From assembly GCF_000150275.1 (NCBI RefSeq), contig NW_002060952.1, forward strand, positions 518,482 to 582,481: a stretch of 64,000 nt of DNA, in the 5' to 3' direction. Below the pieces are notes generated by a model. The model saw only the letters and a program-made list of their open reading frames with translations. It was not told where the DNA came from and searched no databases. The number at the start of each line of letters is the position of its first letter. The stretch's first letter is position 1. This document shows, in pieces, positions 13,401 through 26,615 of this stretch. A program made the position numbers and the translations under genes. The stretch comes from Trichoplax adhaerens (taxonomy: Eukaryota; Animalia; Placozoa).

Positions 13401-15685
13401 AGCACTTGTAATGGGAATTTATTATTATGGTGTTTGAAGTACTTCGGTTATTATGCATAGTAAAATAATATGATTAAAAGAGACTACAAAATTGGATAGC
13501 GTTACAATGGTTCAAGTTACTTACTTAGCAAGATGATATATTTTATGCGTATATTGGCCCTTTCCTAGCTCATCATTCTCGAATGGTTCATTGACCAAAA
13601 TCTCAACGCCTTCACCACCTCCAGTTTCGTTCTTACTCATCATTGCAACAGCGTATAGTTGACCGACTTGGTACTATATTATATCAACAAAGTCGAAGCA
13701 TCTTTAGCGCACTGAAAGTCTGTACCTTTTATTTACAGCTTACAAAATAGTAGCTTGTAAAATTTCGATCGTGCTTTGGCAACCAATATACCGTAGTTCA
13801 GCATAATGACATTGCTAACCTCCGCAAGTGTGTAGTACTAGTACCAATGATAGTGTGGCCGATTCAATACAGTATTATGCGCATTGCTCTCAAATAGAAT
13901 ATTGCAATAATCATCAACAGCGCGATACTACTGTACTTATTCTATGCAATAATTAAGGGAAAAGAATACAATCAACGTCAAGACTGCACCTCTTTATTAC
14001 CTACATATCTAATTAATAACTATAAAGCAGTACAAACTGACGGACATACTACTGATGTATCTATATAGATACATCATTAGTATATGAAATAAAAGCACTT
14101 GCATTACTGTAAGTCTAATGATATCAAAGCTATGAAAAATAGTGCAATCCAATCAATAAATAAAATGTAGATAGAGTAAGTATTACCAGCCTGAAGTCAT
14201 TGGTAGACGCTTACGCAATACAGTCAAGTGAAATCATTGATTCTAATTATCGCAGTGATAGTAAAAATTGTCGAATTGATAACGTCGAGCGAGAGATGTA
14301 AGATTCAAGACAAGTGTACTTTTTGAATAGTCCCATTTCCAAGGTATAAAAGTCAGGAAATAGGGCAAAAATTGCGCCATGAAGAGATAACTAATTTCAC
14401 CAGCGCGATGATCAATACTATACTACAATCAGACGTTAGGTACCAATTCTGAAGTTATTTCATTTTACAATTGCAACTATTTTTGTTCTAGGCGTGTCTA
14501 TTTTGTGTGTATGGGCACAAGTGACAATGATTCTCGTCCTGTATTAAGACTTTCAATTTGAGTAGTCAAACTCAAGCGAATGATATTGATCAATCCACTG
14601 TACTGTATATGAATGTCTGTCATCTTGAACGTTGAATCATGCTTGTATAAATCAGTTGACTCTTGATAGGACCTAAGCGTCGAGTAAAGACGTGTGTGTG
14701 CGTGGAAGAAGCAATAAATGTACCTTGTACACGCGTATTGATGGGTCGTCGCGCTTGTGCTTGTGCAAAGCGCTACTCGTGCCATCACTATGTAGTTACT
14801 TTAGTTTTACTGACGAATCATGCTAGAGTAGTTGGCGTAAATGAGATGTATTTCAAAGTTGCGTCTACTATTGGTGATATCAAGCCTCAAAGACTTGGCT
14901 CAGAGAGTGCATCCTTCAGGCAGTTCAGTGCCATCCGCTACAGTTAGCCAAGAGTGTAGAAGTACCACACCTGCATTCATTTTTGGACTGCAATAATATA
15001 ATAGTATAGGACTGAAAGAGAAAGCAGCTTACCTCTTCTACCGATACAGGCAGAATAATTCGACTAGAAAAAGACAATAATTAAAAGAGATTGATGTTAG
15101 TCCATATCAGAACGCGACAAGAAATTGGACAATACAATATAAAAGAATGACCGGACAAATATCAATGATTTAATCATTGTAATTATCATCGATAATCAAG
15201 GTGCAACAGTTGAGGAAGCACTAGACTATCACCATGTCCAATCCTATCATCACCACTACTCCATTACAAATTGAATCACTTATCTTTGTTGATCGATTGT
15301 AATTAATGGGTCATTTATCATCAAAATAGATAGGTGATGAATGGTAGAAACTTGGAAAATTTTCAGTCAATGCTGGTCTACTATTTACTACAGTACGCCC
15401 TCCGATTGGAATCATCCTTCTTGAAAACAACTGCATGTACTACAGTCTTATACTGTACTGTAGTGTCTGCATAGGATGGTAAGATAGCGTATTGTATACT
15501 GTACAGTGTGTATGATTGAGAACAACACGAGGGTACATTGAACCGAGTTAAAGTGGCAATAAATATGTTCCTACTTGACATGGTTTTATACTTTTCTAGC
15601 CAATAGGTTAGTATTTTATCCTTGGCGTTCTATCATTGATTGTATACAGTAAGGCTAATACTTACAACTCCCTTAACATGACCAT
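10485..15685 (-). CDS. PITPN: Class I phosphatidylinositol transfer protein (PITP alpha/beta type), ~11 exons
   Basis: Spliced translation: MVMLREF|[10 protein letters not shown]|[31 protein letters not shown]...[12 protein letters not shown]|[30 protein letters not shown]|IIT|NPEYMKKGF...KTGRG...[22 protein letters not shown]...[14 protein letters not shown]...TMEDIRELE...GTVEK*. ATG 15685, stop 10485-10487. Confidence 0.96.
11602..11609 (-). other. 8-nt coding microexon (TCATAACG) of PITP
   Basis: The minus strand reads ...tcatttag|TCATAACG|gtacgc. It is needed to bridge the phase-1 exon ending at 11744 and the phase-0 exon starting at 11482, giving CRT-IIT-NPEYM. Confidence 0.88.
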
Positions 15686-15759
15686 GTTGATCTCGTTGCA
15701 GGCTAAAAATTGTGTGCGCCGTCAATCAGTGGTATGGAGTCTAGAAAGAATTGGCAATT

Positions 15760-18260
15760 TACAGCAGCGATTTACTGCAGAGTGATTTACTGTACGACCC
15801 GCCACTCTTTAATGTACAGTAGTGTATTGTAGTGTACAGTGTACAGTACAGTGATGAGTGTACAATACTGTGTACTGTAATTGCAGTGTCTTGACAGTGG
15901 ACAGTACTGTACCGGTGGACCATTTGCTTTTGTGCTGAAACAACCAACTATTCATCAGGGTTGATAGGCAAAGTTGGTTGCATCATCGTTGCACCTGGTT
16001 GCACAATGCAAATACTGTAGCGTAGTTACGGTTCAAAGCCAGCAATTTGTAGACGTGTACATTGTACTGTACACTGTACACTCTACTGTGGTCTTCAGTA
16101 CAGTAGAAAAGTTCTTGCAGTGGCTACTGAGATTGCGCGCCACTACAGTATTGCCAGTCTCCAATGGACTGTACAGTACTGTACAATATGTACAGTACAG
16201 TACTGTATGGGCGAGAATTGGGTTGGGCAGTGTCAATTTGATCACAATCCTTTTCACTGTACTGTACTTCACTACAGTGAAAAGAATTGTACAGTACAGT
16301 ACGGTACTGTACTGTACAATGAAGTTTTGTCTTGAGTGACTGAGTCGGAGTGAGTTGTACTGTACAGTACTGTAGTCTCTTTGTTTCGCATTCAGTCACT
16401 TTGCAATCACTTACTTTTCTAGTCAAATCTATAGACGAGGATATTCCTAGGCCTGTCAGAGGTTCGGTTTGTACAGTACTGTATAATGAATGAAAATGGC
16501 CTACACTGTACTCTACTGTACACATTGTGCAATCTCAATCCCATGAGCCTGGTAGGAACGATCAATCCTGCAGTTAAAAAAACCTTCAGTCAGATATCCT
16601 ATACCACATGGACGATACAAAAAGTACAAAGGAAGGCCCTGCTCCGCCAGTACAGTAAATAAATAACTACTCAGTAAACAAGGACTGTACAGTACTGTAC
16701 AGTCCTGTAAAAAGTCTTGTTCAAAAAAGAAATGCCGTAATAATGTACACATTTTTTTCCCACTGGAAGACCAGTCTGAAGTCAGTCAGTCTGTATACTG
16801 TACGCAGTGTACGGTACTGTACCGTGTACAGTACTCTAAAGTACAGTACATCCACTGTACAATAGAGCACTGTACTGTGCAAAATATCCCTTTCAAAAAT
16901 TCAACATTCCCTCCCAAAAGAATTTCCATTTTGACTTTGCATCTGATTTTGGACAACAAGGATAATCCGGCCCCGATTTGGCCCCACAGTAAATCACTTC
17001 ACAGTCTGAAGTACTAGTACTGTCCCGTTTTCAACATGAATTGCACCGCAAACACGTTGCACTCGTACTGTATATCTTTCAATGTTGGAAAACAAAAACT
17101 ACCTTATTCTATCATACAATTGAGCAAAATGCATAGGATGTCATCCTGTATTGCAGGGACTTGTTTTTACAAGGTCCACCTGTATCCATCCATGGTCAAT
17201 GGTATATACGCGTATATAACAACATATGCAGTACATACTATACCTTCGACAGCAGATAAGACACCGTCATCGACTACTAAAATAACACTCGCTTTTCTTG
17301 TAGTAGTCTACTCCATCACTTCGCTTTACGCTTTGGAAATGAGAGCGCAACACAAGTCATATGCAGACATGCAGTACTTACTATAATAACTCTCGCTTTT
17401 CTTGTAGTAGCGTACTCCATCACTTCGCTGTACGCTTTGGAAATGAGAGCACAAGTCTATTTTTGTTATAATAACTCTCGCTTTTCTTAGTAGTCTACTC
17501 CATCACTTCGCTTTACACTTTGGAAATGAGAGCTCAAACACAAGTCTATTATTGTTATAATAACTCTCGCTTTCTTGTAGTAGTCTACTCCATCACTTCG
17601 CTGTACGCTTTGGAAATGAGAGCACAAGTCTATTTTTGTTATAATAACTCTCGCTTTTCTTGTAGTAGTCTACTCCATCACTTCGCTTTACGCTTTGGAA
17701 ATGAGAGCTCAAACGCAAGTCTATTATTGTTATAATAACTCTCGCTTTTCTTGTAGTAGTCTACTCCATCACTTCGCTTTACGCTTTGGAAATGAGAGCT
17801 CAAACACAAGTCTATTATTGTTATAATAACTCTCGCTTTTCTTGTAGTAGTCTACTCCATCACTTCGCTGTACGCTTTGGAAATGAGAGCACAAGTCTAT
17901 TTTTGTTATAATAACTCTCGCTTTTCTTGTAGTAATCTACTCCATCACTTCGCTTTACGCTATGGAAAATGTAAGCACAAGTCTATTCGTGCAGCTCCAT
18001 TGCTGTCACAGTTTAGTAGCAGTCAACGTCCACTACAGTGTACAGTACTGTACTCTACAGGACACAGTCCATTCTGCTTGCTCCAAGACTGTACTTGGTG
18101 TACTGTACTGTCCAGGATAACCTGATTGACGTCGCCTGAGTAACCGACTAGATCCTAGACTGTAGTCAGTGTACTGTACTGTAGTGTACTGTCCAGGGAT
18201 AAACTGATTCAGATTAATCCACGTCGCCTAAGTAACCGACAAGCCATCTCTGCCTACAAG
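15760..18260. promoter_or_regulatory. Divergent PITP/GTF2F1 promoter region rich in ACAGT/ACTGT (TACAGTACTGTA) blocks
   Basis: It lies between head-to-head ATGs at 15685(-) and 18270(+). TACAG/CTGTA pentamers are dense at ~15810-16880 and 18030-18190. Confidence 0.75.
17280..17990. repeat. Minisatellite, ~8 units of 84-91 bp, two unit types
   Basis: TATAATAACTCTCGCTTTTCTTGTAGTAGTCTACTCCATCACTTCGCT[T/G]TACGCTTTGGAAATGAGAGC...CAAGTCTATT recurs at ~17280, 17382, 17467, 17556, 17640, 17731, 17822 and 17907. Confidence 0.95.
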
Positions 18261-18269
18261 TTTGTCGAC

Positions 18270-21200
18270 ATGGAAAAGAAACTTCAAAGCAATGTTTTCC
18301 CCTTACACTTAAAGAGGTAAAGCTAATGCAATAGACTGAATTGCAAGGTAGAATACGACTGTTGTTGTTGTTCACCAAGTTGGAGATGTTATAGCCATAG
18401 ACTGTTCAATTCTGCTACAATGGTAGTGTGAGGAACGTTGAAGAATCCAGAATCATACATACTGCACTGCTGTCTGCTAATGACATCAAAACATCAAACA
18501 GCATGAGCTAATCATTTCCAGTAATCCATAAAACACACAGTAAATGCAACCAATTGGACATGCTCTATACAGCTAACGCTCAAACTTAGTCGTTTCAATC
18601 AGTATTGAATGTGCCACAAAACTTGTTGGATATACATTGACAAATTATACTGTAGGAATGCTTTTGCCATCATGTAGGATTTTAGAATGAATAACCCTTT
18701 GCAAAGTCCAGCTGTAGGTCAGTAATGTCTTTTCTTTTTGGGTTATGTTGCAAACGTAGACTGGTTGATCAAGAGCACCTTATCATGCAATTTGGCCACC
18801 CAAAACCATCATGGAAGGTTAGTATCAGTTCTAGTTTAAGAATGGATGTTCATCTTTTAAAGCTGTTCTATATAATTCATGGATGACATACTGTATCCTA
18901 AAAGCTCTTCTTGACCTGACCTACTTACTAGTAAAATGGATGATAGCCAACTTATCATTGACACCGTGACTTGCTACTGTATATCATCAACTATGAATTA
19001 AAAATGACAATACAGTAGATCATGATCTCGTCATAATTTACAGTATCGAGTACTAAGCAACAATACAGGTATACGTCAAGTAATTATACATAGGACTTCA
19101 ACTTGAAACAACCTACCAGTGATTTCTTTGCCTATTTGTATGCAAAGAATAAAAATCCATCCTAAATCAACTATTAGTGGCCAATCAGATAACCTGAAGT
19201 GTATCCTAATTCAGCTGATTAAAGCATATGATATCGTCAATATCAATATCTTTAGGAAGGTGATGTCACATTGTACCGACAACAAATTCGATCTAGCCAC
19301 CCAGACACCGAAGAGGTGCCAGAATTTGGTGAAGGTAGCGCATATCGCTATCATCAACGCGAAGAACTTAAACGTAAAAGACGCAGTCGATCTGGAGAGC
19401 AAAATATAAACAAATTACCTTGGTTCCTCGATGTTGGAGACGGTGATAACGCTAAAAAGTAGGCGTACATACAAATTTGTTTGTGGGCAAAACTTTCAAT
19501 CTCAATACTCTGATAGCATACGCATACGTACAATGAATCCAATTATGTCTATACAGGACATGCATACTATTGCACTAATCAGTTAAATGACCATTATGAC
19601 TTCGTAGTATAATACTCACCATTTATTATATCATATAATTAAGTCGTCAGTTCACTTCAACAGATTTAAAGGTTCTCAAGAAGGAGACATTCAAACAAAC
19701 TCGGATTACTATCTGATGACTCAATCATCAAATGGTGCCTTTCAGGTGGCACCGGTAACCAGCTTTATTAAATTTTACTCCATACCTAAACATTATACAC
19801 TCAATATTGATGAAGCAGAAGAACAGATGCAAAGAAAAGAAGTGATCTACGATCATTTTAATTTTATGACTTCCAAGCGTATAAAACAGAGTGAAAATGA
19901 CAAGGAAAGTCCATCTAGTGGAGTTCGTTTGGTGAGAATTTTGCTCTTATGAAGTTAAATACTATACTCATACACGTATCTTTTACAGTAGTCAACATGT
20001 TCATTCACACTTTTACATCATTACTCTATATCGATTAATCCACTTATAACGGTATAATTAGTATTTGTATCTTCACCAAATAATCTGATCTTGCTATACT
20101 GTAACTTTAATTTAGCGTCTAGTAGAAAGAAAAACGAATGAAAAGTCTAGCTCGTCATCTGACTACGAAAGTGAAGGTAAAAATTGAAATCTCCGGCCCA
20201 TAATCAACATGAAATAACATTACTTTCACATCAAATCTTCTCTATTTATTTTTCATTCAAAGTCAAGCTATTACTAGACAGTATTATTTTAACGCTCTTA
20301 TTACAGTTATTACGGTAATTATTATTTTAAATAAAGGGAAATAAATAGATAAATGAATGAGGGAAACTCAGTGTAACATGTCCAATAATTATATGAAACA
20401 GTCATCATACTCATTTGAAACCCAATTCTAAATTATGAAACTCGCAACACTCTTTTCATCAAGATGAAAGTAAAGCGAAAGCGAGAAAGCGTAAACAAGA
20501 CGCCCTTGAAGCTAAGAAACATAAGAGTAAATACGGAAAGATCAAAGTTCGTGGCGATGAAGATGATGCAGAAAGTGAGGTTTCAGATGATGCAGAATCA
20601 GAAGGCTTCGAAGTTGATTATATGAGTGATACTGTGTCATCCAATGAAGAAATACAGCACAAAGAAGGTACATTCGATAGCATTTATTCCTACTATACAA
20701 TAAGAGATAGCCTATCAAATAGAGAATAAGACTAATTTCTACCCACAACAGATAAACCTCAAGAGAATGATGGTATACCAGACGAAATTGGAGGTTCTGA
20801 AAATTCTGTTTACTCTTCTGATGAAAACGACGAAGATCTAACCAAGAGTGGACTCGAAATGAAGAAACTACTAAATCGCAGCGATAATGATAATTCAGAT
20901 TCTGATATACCGGAAGATTTTGACGCAGACGAAGAGTTATCAAAATCAACGGTGTGGGTACAAAACAAAGACAAGAAGAAAATAAGTTCTGAGGAATCTT
21001 CCAGTAGTTCCGAAGAAGAATCAGTTAATAAGTCTACTAAAGCTAAAAAGACCGCTGCAATAGTAGCCAAAGCTAAAAATAATGCCCTAGTGAATTTAGC
21101 AGATCGGGCGGACTTTCCAACTCGAGTAGCTAAAGAGAAAAATAAGCGTTCCTCAGAAAATCAACCGTCAAAGCCTGCTAAAAGGGTTAAAACTGAAGTA

Positions 21201-21440
21201 GGGAATCGAGAGGACAGCAGCAGTATCGCTAGCGAAATAAAAGACTATGTGACACCAGAAGCTGTTGCACGCTATTTAAAGAGAAAACCGATGACTACAT
21301 CCGAATTGATCAAGAAATTTAAGAAATACTTTAAAGATTCCAAAGACAAAAGATCAATTAATTTCATAGCCGAAATTATTCGTAAGTTAAACCCTGAAAG
21401 GAAAGTTTCTGGAGGCGCCACTTACTTTTATTTAAAGTAG
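18270..21440 (+). CDS. GTF2F1: General transcription factor IIF subunit 1 (RAP74)
   Basis: Exons give VPEFGEGSAYRYHQREELKRK...LPWFL...KK|FKGSQEG...YYLMTQSSNGAFQVAPVTSFIKF...TLNIDEAEEQM, then an acidic middle region, then the C-terminal winged helix VTPEAVARYLKRKPMTTSELIKKFK...LNPE...FYLK*. The first-exon ATG at 18270 is less certain. Confidence 0.92.
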
Positions 21441-22073
21441 TACGTGCACTGGCATGAAACGCGATATACGCGTATTGTAATAATAAAAAATAATAACTAA
21501 ACTGTATGAAACACACTAAAAAATATATTACGAAAATACCCTCAAGGCGATTATTGTAACTTTATTTGCCAAAACGGTAAGTTTACGACATCATTATTTT
21601 TATCATATATGTTGTCTGTCAAATGTGATGGCTTAAGATGTACAGGTTATTACATCGCTTATAAGAACTTCTGTAATCCAACCAAGAAAAATAGGTTATC
21701 TCCTTTAAGATAATAGTATTAATAATTACAATGTATCATTATCAAATATCTTAAGAATGATATTTACAGTTAGTAGCATATAATTATAATTATTGATAAG
21801 CGTTAAATTTTATAAAAGAATATTAAGCATGCTACTTAAATCGAATAGACGGTAGCATACTCAGTTAAATTTTATTATTGTGTTGAATTTACAAAAATAA
21901 AAATTCCTGTATCCAAAAACGTTAACTACCGTTTAGTAATATATATATATATATATGTTCGTATATGTCTATATGATAGGACTTCTATCCAAAATCTTAT
22001 TTTCATACCCTTCCTGTATCACATACACTATAGCAGATACACATTAACTGTTTTAGGATAGCGAGTATTTAAT

Positions 22074-25000
22074 TTAAAGATTGCCTCCTCCACTCGGTAA
22101 GTATCCTGTAAGAGATGGTTGCCCAATTAGCCACGAACATAATCCAGGTTTATAATATTCCGATGTGGCCAAGATTACAATCAGATCATTATCATTTCTT
22201 ATGGATAAATAGGTTTTGATGTCGTCAATGCTTAATGCGTTATTCTGCTTTCTAAAAGTCACACAGACAAGATTAGTGAATGGATCAATATTCATTCCAT
22301 CAGCTTACGATCCAATATGCAAGATTCAACTGACCTTTCCGATTCGATAAATTCTATTAAAGCATAAGTTTTAGTATCTACTTTTTGCTTGAAATGTTCG
22401 ATATATTCAGCTCTTATCTGTGTAATGCAAGGCAGTTCCTTCATCTATAACAAACGATGTCTTTATTAGTCAGTTAAGAGCTTATGCCACCTTTTGTATA
22501 ACTGAAATAAACATCATTTAACCTCTTCAAGAAATTCTTCTATTAACAATGCACCCTCTTCGACAAGAGTTAGCATTTGGCTGCAGTAATAAAAATAAGC
22601 ATTGAAATCTGCTCTTTCTCATAATGTCATTAAATTTGCATTTATGAATGGAATCAACTTGGTAAAATTGAAAAAACTTACGGCGATAAAGAAACAGTCA
22701 CTTTATTGTTATTGATCCATAGTGTAGCTAAATCAATTTTTAATATTTCTTGTAGAATGGAGGCATGTTGATCAGGTAAAGCAGTACGGTATACTTCCCA
22801 GTTATGGAGACTAATAATGGTAGTTGGACGATGGCTACGAACGATGTCACTTATAGGTAAGGATTCTAATTCCTAGCAACATTATTATAAACAATATAAT
22901 CAAGTCTCCAATCTATCATAAAGAAATAAGTGCTAAATAGACTATTTCAATTTCTAAATAAAGTATTTTTATTTATCAGTACATACTATAATTTTATCAC
23001 CGAAAGGAAAATCGATCTACTTTAAGTTGCAATAAATACTACATTACCATTAATAACCCTTGCAGATACAAGTCTGGTAGATAAGATTGATTGATACGCT
23101 CGTCATCTTCCAGATTAATCCGAGAACTTTGAAGTTCCTTTTCACTATTAAACATTGCTAACGTTCTTACCATCTAAATCAATCCAAAAATAACAAAATT
23201 TCAGATCACTCCACTTAATAGTAGTACAATATTATATTGATATTGAGGAAGTAACTGTAGCTAGGAAAATATTCCGCTTTTAAAGAGACAAAGGATAGAA
23301 TACTCATCATTGATCGTTTAGTATATTACTTTATTGATTTGCTTCATATCGCTGCCAATGACTATGCTACAACGGCAAGTTTGCAAATGCGATGTTATTG
23401 CCCTGTAATGAATCCAATATTAAGCACAGTTAATATTTTTCAAGAAATACTAACGGCTATCATTCTTTGTTGATTCAGTTTAGAATATGAAATTATTATT
23501 ACATTATTAAAATAACTTTGATCTTAGCTTGAAAACATTGACTAACAAATATGAATCTGTATACAATTAAAATTATCTACAACTAGATTCTCAGATATCG
23601 ATTTAAACGTAAATCAAAATCAATGTTCGGTACCTAATCACGCTATATAGAATTTCTTTAGTTCCTTACTACTCTAAATCACCAAATTTAGCTGATATAT
23701 ATTAATCTAAACTAGTAATACCCATTTAGCTCTGTTCGCTTGGTAGAACCCATCGTAATACGATGAAGTACTCTACTAACAATCAGTTACATAAAATGAA
23801 CTCATTTACATAAGATCGTACTTTATAAATTCTGATTAGAAATTCGTAAAAATATTTCCAAGGTATCTACTAAAGAAATTACAACCTACTTTTCTAAAAG
23901 AGCGATTTCTTCTTTCGTAGTATTTTTAAATATGCTAAATAACCACGTATCAGCAATCTAAAAGCATAAATTTTTATTAGCTTAAATGTATAAACTATAA
24001 TCAAAAAATGATATTACTCTTGATAGTAAATATTAATAAATATTGCACTATAATTTTGTACTGCTACTAAATTTTGCACAGATTTCAGGAAATCGTTATA
24101 GAAATTTCTTTACAAAATATAGAATGCTCATAAATGGCGAAAAAAAAACATGGAGTCATTCTTGGGATTTACAAACGTATAAATTCTAGCCCATGATTAA
24201 TATCAGTACACATTCATCCATATGATAGAATCGCTAATGAATCTGAATGATAATTCATAGATTAATATGATTTTTTAGCCTGCTACACTTAAGCCATCAT
24301 GTTAAGAGAAGAATAACTCATGCTTTCGGAATTAAAATTAGTAGATTGATCACCACCATTAGACTGCTTTAGCTCAGCATGCTAAAGCTTTAGCAACCTT
24401 ATTGAGACTGTTGACTTTTACTGAACTTTACAATATGCGATTCCGCAACGATCGATCAGGACAAAATATTTACTGTACAGTCATATCTATTCTACTATTT
24501 CATTTATTAATAGATCAAGAACGTATTCCTGTAGACGGCTAGTTTTTAATGAATTCGGAAATTATGGGCTTCTAGTAGATCGCATACCTAGATTCTCAAA
24601 GTAAAAGTATAACTACGTCTCAATGAGCACTTAAAAACATTGGGCTGCTATATATATAGTTTCAATACATAGTTCTATTTCATACCCTTGCGGGATAGCC
24701 AAAGATTGGTCAATTTTTTTAATAGTTTACACAATCTCTAATTAGTCAGATAAGTATACTATTTACCTCGAGTGTACCGGATAGTTTCCCGCGAACTATT
24801 GCAGTAATATGTATTAAGAATGCCTTTAAATCATTAAAGATCTTTTCAATTGCAGTTTGATAATTCTATATAATTTTAAAACAAATTTAAAAATATATTA
24901 ATGATGTATAAGGCCACAATTCTTATAAGCATAAAAAGTCTGCATGTCTACAATTAAATGATCATCGCTACTTCAAGCAACTCTTTACTTGCAGCCAGCT

Positions 25001-26615
25001 ACTTGCTGTTGTGCATTATATCATCTAAAATCGAACTCTTAACTCAAATTTAGCATAATTCGTGACTGTGTATCTACAGTATAAGCTGTATCCTACTCGC
25101 CTATACCTTACCACATGAAAATGGTGCTGTGAATTTTAATTTTTCATCTATTGAAACGTAATTTACGACTATATATTAACAGCAATTGTATCATAACTTA
25201 TTGCACGTAGTAACTTGAATTTGCTTAAATCAGTTTTCAATTCGTTTTAATGCAAGTCTATAATTCTGTATGGCTACTAGCTATAGCTGTATCACAGCAT
25301 ATCGCGAATTTATACGACACCAAATTGCTTAAGTGAACTTTCCGATCGATCCATATTAAACGTAACTCGTTATCGTGTATCAATAACTTGCATCGCAGTC
25401 GATGTAACACTTTTTACCGAAAAATCAACGAAACTCGTAACTTTATCTACAAACTACATCATTTATTACTCAAATTCGCCGAGAAATTCAGGGTAATATA
25501 ACTCAGAACCATCTACAACTTGAATTATGATGCATCACATAATCGTACGCAAGCCTACAGAGAAATTCACAGTATTACAAGACTAAATATAGTGCGAAAT
25601 GGTGAATTCATAAATTGCAATATCATTCGCTATATATTGACTAAGAACTATTTGTAACATAATCGTAACTGTGCACTGTATCTACAAGCTGCATTAAAGG
25701 TGATCAAGTAAATCGATTCATGGCTGAGAAGTTGCTTGTAAAACATATACGAAGCATAATAAAATGAAATGAAATCGTAATTGTGCACCTTGGCAAACTG
25801 CATTAAAATTGATCAAATACTGCACACTAGTAATATTGAACACTGGAAAGAAATTGATTGCAAATAAAAAACGAGTCGCTGTGCCTATAAACTACATCAA
25901 ATTAATACAGTACTGTTTATCGATCTATTACTAAGAAATTTATTATTAATCTATGAGAACAACGTAATTTGTAGTCGTATGTTTGCAAATCGCGCTTATT
26001 ACCAAGAAATAAGTCTTTGTAAGCAATAAAATTTTCTTATAAACAATTCTTCATTCTCAGACTTGATAGAATTGAACGATTATGATCAATTAACATCTTG
26101 ACCTACGAGTCAATTTCTCTTACCTTGAATTGGAAGAGTCGAAATTTAGCGGTAAACTCCACAATTCTGGTTTCACAGATTTGATACAAAGGCATATAGT
26201 CATTTAAATATCGGGTAGGCATTAAGATAGAAAATGCATATAATGTAGTTCTGCCATCTTTTAAACATCCATAAAATTTATAGCAATTAACAACAACATC
26301 ATGCTGCGGTAAGAGTAATAATTTATAGCTGACGATGCCTTCCCCTTCACTACCATCATGAAATAAATCACGACCAGTTAAACTGGCGACATGAAGGATG
26401 CATTTTTCACCAATTTTACATCTCTCCTGATCACTATACCATACATGACATAGTTTGGGTCCAACAACGTTATCCCATGTCGATAAGAGTATTACCTCAA
26501 TGAAGCTATCCACACCTAAATCAGATACTAACGCCGATATTAATCCTTCATGAACTGTATCCTTGGGTAATCCATCTCCTTCATTTCCTTGTCCTTCCTC
26601 GAAATTACATGCCAT
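22074..26615 (-). CDS. C9orf72: C9orf72 homolog (DENN-like), ~8 exons
   Basis: N-terminal LLSTWDNVVGPKLCHVW matches C9orf72 AYWDNILGPRVRHIW. C-terminal DLIVILATSEYYKPGLCSWLIGQP matches DLNIIMALAEKIKPGLHSFIFGRP. Internal exons lie at ~24866-24766, 23957-23890, 23400-23325, 23173-23047, 22872-22681 and 22580-22522. Confidence 0.9.

Noticed and set aside
17280-17990. CRISPR-like array (also considered for 57690-58960)
   Set aside because: The units are contiguous with no unique spacers, there are no cas genes, and the context is eukaryotic.
15759-18125. Many overlapping YSTVLYC-type and MEMRAQ ORFs (also at 36217-37195 and 43925-44421)
   Set aside because: They are artefacts of stop-poor ACAGT arrays and minisatellites.
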